The notes under the pieces are model-generated. The model saw nothing but the letters and a program-made list of their open reading frames with translations, was not told where the DNA came from and searched no databases. The position numbers were made by a program, and so were the translations under genes. Positions 1 to 10,231 of a stretch of DNA of 64,000 bases are shown piece by piece. The DNA comes from Candidatus Nanopelagicales bacterium (GTDB lineage: Bacteria > Actinomycetota > Actinomycetes > S36-B12 > UBA10799): contig JBAOHC010000020.1 in the NCBI GenBank assembly GCA_037046735.1, positions 78,708 through 142,707 of the forward strand. Reading direction: 5' to 3'. Positions within the stretch are counted from its first letter, which is position 1, and each line of letters opens with the position of its first letter.

Positions 1-201
1 CGAGGCTGTGTGCGCTGCGGGCGGGCGGCCCGCGGCTGTCATGCCCACCACATCGTGGCGTGGGCCGCAGGAGGCCGCACCGACGTCGATGCGATGTGTC
101 TGCTGTGCCCACGCTGCCACGGCGATCTGCACAACGGCCGGTTCACCATCGAGATGGTCGGCGGCATCCCGCGATGTGTGGCCGTGCGGCGAAGAACCTG
201 A
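1..201 (+). CDS. HNH endonuclease, C-terminal part (5' end outside window)
   Basis: Frame open from base 1; ...RGCHAHHIVAWAAGGRTDVDAMCLLCPRCHGDLHNGRF carries the HNH pattern (H-HH...W..GG.T...N..LC..CH...H) typical of actinobacterial DUF222/13E12-type proteins; TGA at 199-201. Confidence 0.75.
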   Translation, partial: RGCVRCGRAARGCHAHHIVAWAAGGRTDVDAMCLLCPRCHGDLHNGRFTIEMVGGIPRCVAVRRRT

Positions 202-299
202 GCCGGCCCACGGACCGGCCAGACGCCCAGCGTCAGCACCACAACCACCAGTCACCAGCAGGATGAGTGGCGCCCCCGGTGACGCCCATTCCGACCGGG

Positions 300-353
300 A
301 ATGGGCGGAAGGTGCGATTTGCCGCGGCGTGTCGCAGCAACAACTGCCGAATT
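300..353. repeat. ~54-nt imperfect-palindrome intergenic element, copy A
   Basis: aatgggcggaaggtgcgatttgccgcggcgtgtcgcagcaacaactgccgaatt; about 87 % identical to the reverse complement of 39780-39833 and clearly related to 24173-24222; arms can pair (aatgggcgg/ctgccgaatt, tgcga/tcgca). Confidence 0.6.
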
Positions 354-462
354 GCCCGCAGGGGGGATCAGGCGGTTTGTTGGGCAGGTCCAGAGCAGCC
401 CGCCAGCGATAACGACCCGCGCTACCGGGGCACCGGCCCCGAAGATCCAGACCGGCGAGCCG

Positions 463-714
463 CTACGGGCGGCGACCGACCTTCAGGACGGAACCGCTGG
501 CCCCGATGGACAGCACCGACCCCGACGACCCGATCGACAGCACCGACCCCGACGAGCCAATGGACAGGATCGATCCCGTGGACCCAACGGATAGCGCGCT
601 GCCCAGGCTGAGCACGCTGAAGAATGACAGGGTCGACAGCACCGACCACGCCGACAGCGCACTACCCCATGAATCTTTGGACAACCAGGACCGCTTACTC
701 ACATCCGAACTCAT
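463..714 (-). CDS. hypothetical small Ser/Gly/Leu-rich protein with SIGSSGSVL nonapeptide repeats
   Basis: ATG 714-712 overlaps the TGA of the upstream dehydrogenase gene (ATGA at 711-714); 83 codons, TAG at 465-463. The C-terminal half is encoded by 27-nt tandem units (about 509-616). The + frame 506-745 (DSTDPDDPI repeats) shares the same wobble position, so codon bias cannot decide; strand chosen from operon context only. Confidence 0.35.
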   Translation of the reverse strand: MSSDVSKRSWLSKDSWGSALSAWSVLSTLSFFSVLSLGSALSVGSTGSILSIGSSGSVLSIGSSGSVLSIGASGSVLKVGRRP

Positions 715-1561
715 GACAGCACCTTTACCAACTCGTCGTGCATGACCGCGAAATCTGGCCTGACCCCAGTCCACATCTCCACACCCAGGATTGCCTGATT
801 CACCAGCATGTATGTGCCGGACAGTGTCGTGGCTCCCATGTGCGCGCATCGAAGCAAGAATTGCGTCTGCCGAGGATTGCTCACAAGATCGGCCACGTAC
901 ATGCTGGGCAGGATCGAGTTGTAGTCGATGGGCGGCACAGCGTGTACCTCCGGAAACATGCCCACGGGGGTGGTGTTGACCAGAATCTCGGCCAAGGGAT
1001 CGATCGCCTCCCCTGGGTGCCATTTTCCCCAATCACCGCTGCCGCCGGCAGCTCTGACCAGATCGACCACCACTTGCCCAGGGCCCGGGTTGCGGCTCAT
1101 CACCGTCACGTGCGCTGCACCGGCCAACGCCGATTCGACCGCGACAGCCCGAGCGGCACCACCGGCCCCAAGCACGACAACGCGCTTACCCGCCGGATCG
1201 CAGACCGTGCGCAAGGAGACGATGAAGCCTTGACCGTCGGTGTTGTAACCGGTCAGCTTGCCATCGCGACCGATCACCACGCAGTTGACGGCCCCGATGA
1301 GACGGGCCGACTCTGCCAACTCGTCGAGGTAGGCGATGACGGCAACTTTGTGCGGCAGCGAACAGTTGAAGCCACGCCAGCCCATCCCCCACGCCCCCGC
1401 GATCGCGGCATCGAGATCGTCGGGGTGCACCTCACAATTGATATAGCGGGCCGGCAGGTCTGCATGCCGATAGGCCGCTTCCACGATCGCCACGGTCGGT
1501 TCTCCGCGGCAGGCGCACCGAACGACCCCGTCAACATGGGCAGGAAGTTCGCCTGCGGCAC
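711..1561 (-). pseudogene. shikimate/quinate dehydrogenase family (AroE/YdiB/QsuD-like), frame interrupted near 1497
   Basis: ORF 711-1493 has GYNTDG and the VVVLGAGGAARAV Rossmann motif but lacks the N-terminal substrate loop. That segment (MPQANFLPMLTGSFGAPAAEN) is in another frame starting GTG 1561, 13 nt after the LacI stop. Adding one C at gagaac|cgacc (about 1497) gives ...AAENPTVAIVEAAY. Confidence 0.7.
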
Positions 1562-1573
1562 GATCTGGACTCC

Positions 1574-2608
1574 TTAGGTAGGCGGTAGGTCCCCCGAGGA
1601 TCGGACAATCAAGCGCGTTGGTATGCGGATGTGCTCCCCGGGACCGGTGCGTCTACCCTCCTGCCGATCGAAAAGCAGTGTGGCTGCAGTCTGCCCCAAT
1701 CGGTAGATGTCTTGCTCGACGACAGCCACTTGCGGGTCGAGAAGGTCCGAAAGGAGGAAGTCATCAAAGCCGAACAGCGCGATCTTGTGATGTAGATCCA
1801 GACTTCGTAGTGCCCGCACCGCCCCGATGGTGATGAGGTTCTGCGCCGTGAAGAGGGCGGTTGGCGGGCGCCGACTGAGCAGTAGGCCGCGCACCACACG
1901 TTCGGCAATGTCCTCGGAGTACACGTCGGTGATCACCAGCTCCGGCGACCACGCCAGGCCGCCAGCAGCCAACGCCTCCCGGTACCCGAGCAGGCGATCC
2001 GATGCCGTGGAGATGCGCGTGTCGTTGCCGATGTAGGCGATCCTGCGATGACCAATGGCGATCAGGTGCTCCATCGCCTGTCGTGACCCGACGACGTTCT
2101 CTGAGGACACTGTGTCGGCATCAATGCCGGCGGGGGCGCGATCGACGAAGACAACGGGGGTGCCGCGGTCGACCTCCCGGGCCAAATAGCTGTGGTTGCC
2201 CGCCGTGGGCACGATGATCAGGCCGTCCACATTGCGGGCCAGGAACGCCTGGGACAGTCGGCGCTCCCGGTCGTCGTCCTCGTCGATGCTGGCCGAGATG
2301 ACCATCACGTCCCGTTGCCGGGCGGCATCCTCGATGGCTCGCAGCAGGGCCGCGCAGAACGGGTTGGCAACGTTCTTCAGAAGCAGCCCGATGGTCCGGG
2401 TCGTGGTGGATGATCGGCGCAGCGTGCTCGCCGTGAAGTTCGGCCGATAGCCGAGCTGGGCGGCCGCGGTGAGCACCTTGGTCTTCAGGGCATCAGAGAC
2501 CGCTGGTTCGTCATTCACCACCCGGCTGACGGTCTTGATGCTCACTCCGGCCAGTTTCGCGACGTCCCGCATGGTGGGACGAACACTCGCACTGTCCATC
2601 GTTGTCAC
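1574..2608 (-). CDS. LacI family transcriptional regulator
   Basis: N-terminal HTH MRDVAKLAGVSIKTVSRVVN followed by a sugar-binding-fold C-terminus; 344 aa; heads an apparent operon with the dehydrogenase gene. Confidence 0.9.
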   Translation of the reverse strand: MTTMDSASVRPTMRDVAKLAGVSIKTVSRVVNDEPAVSDALKTKVLTAAAQLGYRPNFTASTLRRSSTTTRTIGLLLKNVANPFCAALLRAIEDAARQRDVMVISASIDEDDDRERRLSQAFLARNVDGLIIVPTAGNHSYLAREVDRGTPVVFVDRAPAGIDADTVSSENVVGSRQAMEHLIAIGHRRIAYIGNDTRISTASDRLLGYREALAAGGLAWSPELVITDVYSEDIAERVVRGLLLSRRPPTALFTAQNLITIGAVRALRSLDLHHKIALFGFDDFLLSDLLDPQVAVVEQDIYRLGQTAATLLFDRQEGRRTGPGEHIRIPTRLIVRSSGDLPPT

Positions 2609-2695
2609 AGTGCCCGAGAGTAGCAGGGGACGATGAAGAACCCTGATCTCTTAGGCCAAGTGCGTGCATTACCTTGCGATCTCCTGCCACGACGC

Positions 2696-2709
2696 TGATA
2701 ACGTTGTCA
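2696..2709. promoter_or_regulatory. candidate LacI-type operator
   Basis: TGATAACGTTGTCA, 12/14 palindromic with central CG, in the divergent region between the LacI gene (start 2608) and the aldo/keto reductase gene. Confidence 0.4.
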
Positions 2710-2830
2710 CTGGATCATCGGGAGGCTTCACTGCCGTCCGGATCGCCTGACACAAGTAGGTGTCCAACCTCCCGCCCGTGTCGAGCCCACCGCTTTGCTA
2801 CTGCTGTTAGGCGGATAGTCGGCTTCGCCC

Positions 2831-3910
2831 ATGCATGCAACGACCCCCACCCGCGAAGATATGAACATGCCGATTCTCGATCAGTACACCCCTGACTCCG
2901 ACCGTTACGACGGCCGCATGCCGCAGCGCCGGTGCGGCGACAGTGGCATCACCCTGCCGGAGGTCTCCTTGGGTTTCTGGCACAACTTCGGCGACACCAC
3001 CCCCCTGGCCACGCAGCGCGCCGTGATGCGGGCGGCCTTTGACGCTGGCGTCACCCACTTCGATCTGGCCAACAACTACGGACCGCCCTTCGGCAGTGCC
3101 GAGATCAACGTCGGGCGGATCCTGCGCGAGGACTTCGCATCAGTGCGCAACGAACTCATCATCTCCACGAAGGCCGGCTGGGACATGTGGCCCGGACCGT
3201 ACGGATTCTGTGGAGCGCGCAAGTACCTGTTGGCTAGCCTCGACGACAGCCTGTCGCGCCTGGGTCTGGACTACGTCGACATCTTCTACAGTCACCGTGC
3301 CGATCCGGACACCCCACTCGAGGAGACGATGGGTGCACTGGCGACCGCAGTTCAGCAGGGCAAGGCGCTGTACGCGGGGATTTCCTCCTACTCCCCCAGT
3401 CGCACCCGTCGAGCGGCCGCGATGCTGGCCGACATGGGAGTTCCCCTGCTGATCCACCAACCGTCGTACTCGATGCTCAACCGCTGGATCGAGGAGGAGT
3501 TGCTGGATACCCTCGACGACCTCGGGGTCGGCTGCATCGGCTTCTCTCCCCTCGCGCAGGGGATGCTGACCGAGCGCTACCTGGATGGCATCCCGGCCGG
3601 GTCGCGGGCCTCCCGCGACGAGTCCCTGGATCAGGCCTGGCTCACAGAGGCCTACGTCGATTCGGTGCGCGCGCTCAAGGAGATCGCCGCCCGCCGAAAC
3701 CAGACTGTGGCACAGATGGCGGTGGCGTGGACCTTACGCGATCCTCGTGTCACCACCACCCTGATCGGCGCGAGCAGCGTCGAGCAGTTGCACGAGAACC
3801 TCGCCGCGGTCGGCGACACCGCGTTCAGCGATGACGAACTAGCAGAGATCGATCAGTACGCCACAGACGCGCACATCAACCTGTGGGCCGAACCTGCTCA
3901 GTTGCCGTGA
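2831..3910 (+). CDS. aldo/keto reductase, YghZ/Gpr-like
   Basis: Near full-length resemblance to E. coli YghZ (RRCGDSGITLPEVSLGFWHNFGD..., VTHFDLANNYGPPFGSAEINVGRILREDF, ELIISTKAG). Alternative ATG starts at 2861 and 2867 are equally plausible. Confidence 0.85.
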   Translation: MHATTPTREDMNMPILDQYTPDSDRYDGRMPQRRCGDSGITLPEVSLGFWHNFGDTTPLATQRAVMRAAFDAGVTHFDLANNYGPPFGSAEINVGRILREDFASVRNELIISTKAGWDMWPGPYGFCGARKYLLASLDDSLSRLGLDYVDIFYSHRADPDTPLEETMGALATAVQQGKALYAGISSYSPSRTRRAAAMLADMGVPLLIHQPSYSMLNRWIEEELLDTLDDLGVGCIGFSPLAQGMLTERYLDGIPAGSRASRDESLDQAWLTEAYVDSVRALKEIAARRNQTVAQMAVAWTLRDPRVTTTLIGASSVEQLHENLAAVGDTAFSDDELAEIDQYATDAHINLWAEPAQLP

Positions 3911-3919
3911 TCACCGAGC

Positions 3920-4501
3920 CTAGATCTCGGTGATGACCTCGTCGACAGCCAACCGCGGGTTGCGCGGGAAGTGCGCATCGTCGCCTGGGTAGCCGACGTT
4001 GACCACTGCCAGGGCCTCATAACCAGCGGGCAACAACTGCTCGCTGATCGCCTCGCCGTTGATGCCGGTCATCGGGCCAGCGCCAAAGCCCAGCGCCCGG
4101 ATCCCGAGGATCAGGTAACCGAACTGCAGGAAGGTGTTGCGGATCGCGAACTCCCGCCGGTTGGCTTCCTCGAGGAACAAGTTCCGCACCTGGGGCGCGT
4201 TCGGGAGCACGCGCGGCAAGTTGTCGTGGAAGTTGAGATCGGCGGCCACGATCAGTGTCAGCGGAGCGGTCTCGGTCTTGGCACGGTTACCCTCGGCGAG
4301 CAGCGGCAGCAACTGCGGTTTGGTCTGTTCGGTCACCGCGAACAGCCGCATCGGCTGGGCGTTGAATGCGGTCGGGGCGTGCTTCACCAGGTCGTACAGC
4401 CGCTCGGCCGTATCGTCGGGCAAGGGCATGGGGTCGAAGGTGTATGTCGTGTGGCCGTCGAAGACCAGATCCATGGCGACGGGATCGGCGTAGAGAGTCA
4501 T
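3920..4501 (-). CDS. nitroreductase family protein (RutE-like)
   Basis: ORF 3920-4750 trimmed to ATG 4501, preceded by AAAGGA; 193 aa; collinear with RutE-type nitroreductases (HAPTAFNAQPMRL..., GFGAGPMTG...). Confidence 0.8.
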   Translation of the reverse strand: MTLYADPVAMDLVFDGHTTYTFDPMPLPDDTAERLYDLVKHAPTAFNAQPMRLFAVTEQTKPQLLPLLAEGNRAKTETAPLTLIVAADLNFHDNLPRVLPNAPQVRNLFLEEANRREFAIRNTFLQFGYLILGIRALGFGAGPMTGINGEAISEQLLPAGYEALAVVNVGYPGDDAHFPRNPRLAVDEVITEI

Positions 4502-4995
4502 CAGAAATCCTTTGGTTGAGGGTTCAACTACATTAACCCGGTGACCCACGGCGGTATTCCCCCGTCGGCCCGAGCCTGAATCGCCGGCCGGTGGGGCCGG
4601 CGCCCGTGCCTGCTTGACAGACGCAGCGTGCCGATGAGGGATTTCGCGCGCCGACCTCATCCCTTTCGCTGGCGTCTGTCCGTGCAACCCTTGGCAGCCC
4701 ACCGACCAACTGTTGGGAGTGTGGCCAAGGCGCGGTGCGCGATGCCCCATTTCGCTCGGCGGTTATCCGCCTGGACCGCCGGGCGGCGCGCTGGGTCTGG
4801 CTGTCGCAAGCCGAACATGTCAGCAGGACACACGTTAAGTCCCCGCCACTGACAAACTTCCGTGTCGCGCGGCGGTCAGGCGCCCGTGGGAGCGGGCCTC
4901 AACCGATTCAAACAACAGCGTGGGTGTCACACTCTACGACAAGGACGCCCGCAACCATCCTGCCTCGCAGCGTTCGTCTGGCCATGACAAACGCC

Positions 4996-5484
4996 CTAGA
5001 AGTCGCCAGCCCCCGAGCGCAATTCGCGCAAATCGTCGACCAAACCGACCGGGTCAGCCAAGCCGAGGTCGCCGAACACCGAATCGTTGAGAGCCGACGT
5101 GGCAGCCAGCGCGACCCGGCGGCCTTCGGGCGTGATTTCGATCAGCGTCGCGCGACGGTCACTGGGGTGGGGTTTGCGCACCACGAGCTGCGCAACCTCA
5201 AGGCGGTCCACCGCGTTCGTGACGCTCGTCGGGTGGACCTGCAGGCGCTGCCCGATGACGCGCATCGGCAGGCGGCCCTGCCGACTGAAAAGCAACAGCA
5301 TCAGCACCTCGTAGCGGGCGAAGGTGATGTCAAAACCCTTGAGCACAGCCTCGACCCGGCTGAGCACGATCTGCTGGGCACGCATCAAGGAGGTCACAGC
5401 AGCCATCCCCTCGGCAGCATCGGCCCAGCCATGCTCGACCCAGTGCTGCCGCGCCTGGGCGACGGGATCTCGAGACAGCGGCAT
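4996..5484 (-). CDS. MarR family transcriptional regulator
   Basis: 162 aa; winged-helix core FARYEVLMLLLFSRQGRLPMRVIGQRLQVHPTSVTNAVDRLE...DRR. Confidence 0.9.
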   Translation of the reverse strand: MPLSRDPVAQARQHWVEHGWADAAEGMAAVTSLMRAQQIVLSRVEAVLKGFDITFARYEVLMLLLFSRQGRLPMRVIGQRLQVHPTSVTNAVDRLEVAQLVVRKPHPSDRRATLIEITPEGRRVALAATSALNDSVFGDLGLADPVGLVDDLRELRSGAGDF

Positions 5485-5512
5485 GGCAGCAGCCTAGCAA
5501 AATCGATTGACG

Positions 5513-5540
5513 CCAGATAGTTGGACTTCCTACTATCTAG
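5513..5540. promoter_or_regulatory. inverted repeat, candidate MarR operator
   Basis: ccAGATAGT-N10-ACTATCTag lying between the marR start (5484) and the icmF ATG (5543). Confidence 0.4.
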
Positions 5541-5542
5541 GT

Positions 5543-8500
5543 ATGCACGTGCCCGAACACCCCGTCCGTTTCGTCACCGCCGCATCCCTGTTCGACGGTC
5601 ACGATGCGGCCATCAACATCATGCGCCGCATCCTGCAGGCCCAGGGCGCCGAGGTGATCCACCTCGGCCACGACCGCAGCGTCGAGGACGTGGTCACCGC
5701 GGCCATCCAGGAGGACGTGCAGGGGGTGGCGATCTCGTCCTACCAGGGCGGGCACATCGAGTACTTCGGCTACCTGCGCGCGCGACTCGATGAGGCCGGC
5801 GTTGGGCACGTCAAGGTGTACGGCGGCGGGGGCGGGGTCATCGTTCCCGCGGAGATCGCGGCCTTGGCCCGGTTGGGCGTGCGCATCTTCAGCCCGCAGG
5901 ACGGCCAACGACTGGGCCTGCCCGGCATGATCAACGAACTCATCGCCGACTGTGACGTGGCACTCACCGACCCGCCTGACCTCGCGGCCCTGCAGACCGG
6001 ATCCAGCCGGGACTTGGCCCGCGCCATCACCCTGATCGAGAACGGGACGCCAGTGGGACCTGCCCACCCGCGACGTGCCCGTGTTGGGGATCACCGGCAC
6101 GGGCGGGTCAGGGAAGTCGAGCCTGACCGACGAGATCGTGCGCCGGTTGCGCCGCGACAGCGAGGACAAGATCCGCGTGGCGGTACTCGCCATCGATCCC
6201 ACCAGGCGACGTGGGGGCGGTGCTCTGCTCGGAGATCGGATCCGCATGAACACCATCGATCCTGACGTGGTGTTCTTCCGCTCGATGGCCACCCGCGGCG
6301 CGCCTTCGGTCCCGCACTGCCTGGACCACGCGGTGTCTGCGTGCAAGGCGGCCGGCTACGACCTGGTGATCGTGGAAACGCCCGGCATTGGCCAAGGTGA
6401 CGCGGGCGTGGTGAATCACGTCGACGTGGCCCTTTACGAGATGACGCCCGAGTTCGGCGCCCCCTCTCAGCTGGAGAAGATCGACATGCTCGACTTCGCC
6501 GACGCCATCGCCATCAACAAGTTCGAACGCCGAGGCGCGCAGGACGCCCGCCGCGACGTGGCACGCCAGGTGCTGCGCAACCGGGCCGAGTTCGGGGCTT
6601 CCTGGGAGGACATGCCGGTCTTCGGAACCAGCGCCGCCCGCTTCGACGACGACGGGGTCACTGCCCTCTACCAGTACCTCAAGGAACTACTCACCGAGCA
6701 CGGCCTACCGGAGTTCGAATCCCGGCTACCCACGGTCGCCACCAAGACCTCGACCGACGTGGCCAGCGTGCTGCCGCGGGGACGGGAACGCTACCTGGCC
6801 GAGATCGCCGAGCGGGTGCGGGGCTACCGCGTTCGGACCGCCGAGCAGGTCGAAGCGGTCCGTGACTGGGACCACGTGCGGCACACCAACGCCCTCGTTG
6901 GCACTCTGAACGACCTCGAGGCCGACAAGGCCGCCATGATCGACCCGGACGTGCGGGCCGCGCTGGACAGCTGGCCGAGCACGCGGCAGGCCTACAGCGG
7001 CCAAGAACTCGTCTACACCGTGCGGGGTCGCGAGATCCACACGCCGCTCACCCGGGAGACCCTGTCCGGATCGCTGGTACGCCGCGTCGCCCTGCCGCCC
7101 GACGACGAACCCGGTGCCGTCGTACGGTTCCTGCGCAGCGAGAACCTGCCCGGCTACTTTCCCTTCACCGCCGGGGTCTTCCCGGTCAAACGATCGGGCG
7201 AGGCGCCCGCCCGGATGTTCGCCGGCGAGGGCGATCCGGCGCGCACGAACCGGCGTTTCCATCTCCTGTCCGAAGGCCAGCCAGCCACCCGTCTGTCGAC
7301 CGCCTTCGACTCGGTGACGCTCTACGGTCGCGATCCCTCACCACGCCTGGACGTCTACGGCAAGGTCGGCACATCGGGCGTTTCCGTGGCCACCATCGAG
7401 GACATGCGTGATCTGTACGCCGGCTTCGATCTCTGCTCCCCCACCACATCGGTGTCCATGACCATCAACGGTCCGGCACCGGCGATCCTGGCGATGTTCC
7501 TCAACGTCGCCATCGATCAGCAGGTGGCAGCCCACCCCGACGAGGATCCTGAGAGCGTGCGCGCGCGCACCCTGGCGAGTGTGCGCGGCACCGTGCAGGC
7601 GGACATCCTCAAGGAGGATCAGGGCCAGAACACCTGCATCTTCTCCACCGAGTTCGCCCTGCGGGCGATGGCCGACATGCAGCAGTGGTTCATCGACCAG
7701 GACGTGCGCAACTTCTACTCAGTGTCGATCAGCGGGTACCACATCGCTGAGGCGGGCGCCAACCCGATCAGCCAGTTGGCGTTCACACTGGCCAACGGTT
7801 TCACGTACGTCGAGGCCTACCGGGCCCGCGGTATGGAGGTCGACGATTTCGCCCCGAACCTGTCCTTCTTCTTCTCCAACGGAATGGATGCGGAGTACAC
7901 GGTGCTGGGCCGGGTGGCCCGGCGCATCTGGGCGATCGCCATGCGGGATCTGTATGGCGCCGACGAGCGTGCCCAGAAGCTCAAGTACCACGTGCAGACG
8001 TCGGGGCGCTCCCTGCATGCCCAGGAGATGTCGTTCAACGACATCCGGACGACACTGCAGGCGCTGTGCGCCCTCTATGACAACGCCAACTCGCTGCACA
8101 CCAATGCCTTCGACGAGGCCATCACCACGCCGACCGCCGACTCGGTGCGCCGTGCGCTGGCGATCCAGATGATCATCGATCAGGAGTGGGGCCTGTCGAT
8201 GAACGAGAACCCGTTGCAGGGCTCCTACATCGTGAACGAACTCACCGATCTGGTGGAGGAGGCCGTGATGGCCGAGTTCGTCCGGCTCGCCGACCGCGGC
8301 GGGGTGCTCGGCGCGATGGAAACCGGCTACCAGCGCGGCAAGATCCAGGACGAGTCGATGCTCTACGAGCACCGCAAACACGACGGGTCCCTGCCCATCA
8401 TCGGCGTGAACACGTTCGTCGCCGACAGCCCTGAGCCGATCGCCGATCTGGAGCTGGCACGCGGGACCGAGGCTGAGAAGCAATCCCAGTTGCAGCGCCT

Positions 8501-8681
8501 AGCTGACTTCCACGCTCGCCACCGGGAGCAGGCGCCCGCAGCGCTGGTCGCTCTGAAGCAGGCCGCGACCGACGGCGGGAACGTGTTCGCCGCCCTGATG
8601 GAAGCGGTGCGTCATTGCTCACTGGGCCAGATCAGCGAGGCATTCTTCGAGGCGGGCGGGCAGTACCGGCGCAACGTCTGA
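5543..8681 (+). pseudogene. icmF: fused isobutyryl-CoA mutase IcmF (B12 domain + MeaB-type GTPase + mutase barrel), frame interrupted near 6056
   Basis: 5543-6061: B12-binding domain ([23 protein letters not shown]). 6075-8681 in another frame: P-loop [37 protein letters not shown], then a ~600-aa mutase domain. The frames join as ...[22 protein letters not shown] if one base is added at gtgggacct (6053-6061). ATG 5543 preferred over TTG 5507. Confidence 0.85.
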
Positions 8682-8763
8682 CCGTGCGTTTACGCCACTT
8701 GGTTCACCTCGCGCTACGAGCGTCCTAGCGGAAAGTGAACCAACGTGCGCAAACGGGGCGAAA

Positions 8764-10197
8764 CTACAGGTCCACGGCGAAGTACTGCGTCTCGAGGAAC
8801 TCGTGGATGCCCGCGAAGCCCCCTTCGCGGCCCAGGCCCGACTCCTTCATCCCGCCGAATGGGGCCGCCGGGTCACTGGCGATGCCCCGGTTCACCGACA
8901 CCATCCCGGACTCCATCTGCCGGGCCACTCGCACGCCGGTACCGGGGTCGGCGGCATACACATACGAGATCAGCCCGAACTCGGTGTCGTTGGCCATCCG
9001 CACGGCCTCCTCGGTGCTGGACACCGCCACGATGGGCGCCACCGGGCCGAAGATCTCGTTGCGCGTCAGCGTCGACCCGTGCTCCACGTTGCGCACGACG
9101 GCGGGCGCCACGAACGCACCGGTGCTCGGCGCCTGCTGAGCGGAGATGATCTCCACCCCCTCGCCAGCAGCCTCATCCAGCAACGCGACGATCTTGTCCC
9201 GTTCGCGATTCGAGACCATCGCCCCAAGGTCGGTGGCCTCATCGATCCCCGGCCCCATCTTCAGGCCAGCGAACGCCTCCTGCAGCCCGGCGCTGAACGG
9301 CTCCACCAGGGAATCGTGGACGTAGAAGCGATTGGCCGCGGTGCACGCCGATCCACCATTGCGCATCTTCGCGATCATCGCGCCGGCCACCGCGGCCTGC
9401 ACATCGGCGCCCTCGAGCACGAGGAACGGCGCGTTGCCGCCAAGTTCCATACTGGACGGCAGCACTCGCTCAGCGGTCTGCTTGAGCAGCATCTTGCCGA
9501 CGTATGTCGACCCCGTGAAGGACAGCGTCGCCACGCGGGGGTCGGCCAGGATGGCACTGGAAACCTCCGCGGTCCGGGTCGTGGTGATGACGTTCACGAC
9601 CCCGTCCGGCACACCGGCGCGGGCCAGGACATCGGCGATCCACAGCGCGGTCAGCGGCGTCTCGTGCGGGGGCTTGAGCACACAGGTGCACCCCGCGGCC
9701 AGCGCCGGGGCGATCTTGCGCGTTGCCATCGCCGCCGGGAAGTTCCAGGGCGTGATCATGAAAGCCACACCGATCGGCCGGTGGTCGGTGATGATGGTCT
9801 TGTCACGAGCGGGGGCGTAACGGAAGCCACCCTCGATCCGGGATGCCTCCTCGGAGAACCAGCGGAAGAACTCCGCGGCGTAGATCGTCTCCCCCATGGC
9901 GTCGCGCCAGGCTTTGCCGTTCTCCAAGTGCGATCAGCCGTGCGCACACTTCGGCCTCAGCCGTCATGATCTCCCACGCCTTGCGCAGGACCTCTGCGCG
10001 CTGCCGGGCCGGGGTTACCGACCAGGTCTGGAAAGCGTCGTGCGCGGCGTGACCGCCTCGAGCCCCTCCTGCACGCCGGCGTCGGACACCTCGGCGAGCA
10101 CCCCGTAGTCCGACGGATCGATCACCTCAAAACTGGCCGGAGTGCGCAGCCACTGTCCTGCGATGAACAGACTGGTCGGTGCCGCAGTTTCGGTCAT
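8764..10197 (-). pseudogene. gabD: NAD(P)-dependent succinate-semialdehyde/aldehyde dehydrogenase, two frame interruptions
   Basis: Three collinear pieces in three frames: MTETAAPTSLFIAGQW...GLEAV (from ATG 10197 after GAGGTGG), AHDAFQTWSVTPARQRAEVLRKAWEIMTAEAEVCARLIAL, and ENGKAWRDAMGE... (ORF 8764-9927 with ELGGNAP and GGSACTAANR). Breaks at about 10049 (missing base) and about 9925 (extra base). Confidence 0.8.
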
Positions 10198-10231
10198 GAT
10201 CCACCTCATTGAATGTCGATTACGCTCGAAT

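Noticed and set aside
506-745. Plus-strand Asp/Pro-rich repeat ORF (DSTDPDDPI...)
   Set aside because: It would overlap the 3' end of the dehydrogenase gene and lacks operon context, whereas the minus-strand frame has ATGA coupling. It is kept only as the stated alternative because codon bias cannot discriminate.
5485-5542. Cobalamin riboswitch ahead of icmF (also considered ahead of the sulfatase at 15707-16107)
   Set aside because: No B12-box-like core is present. The icmF upstream region is only 58 nt and is better explained by a MarR-type inverted repeat.
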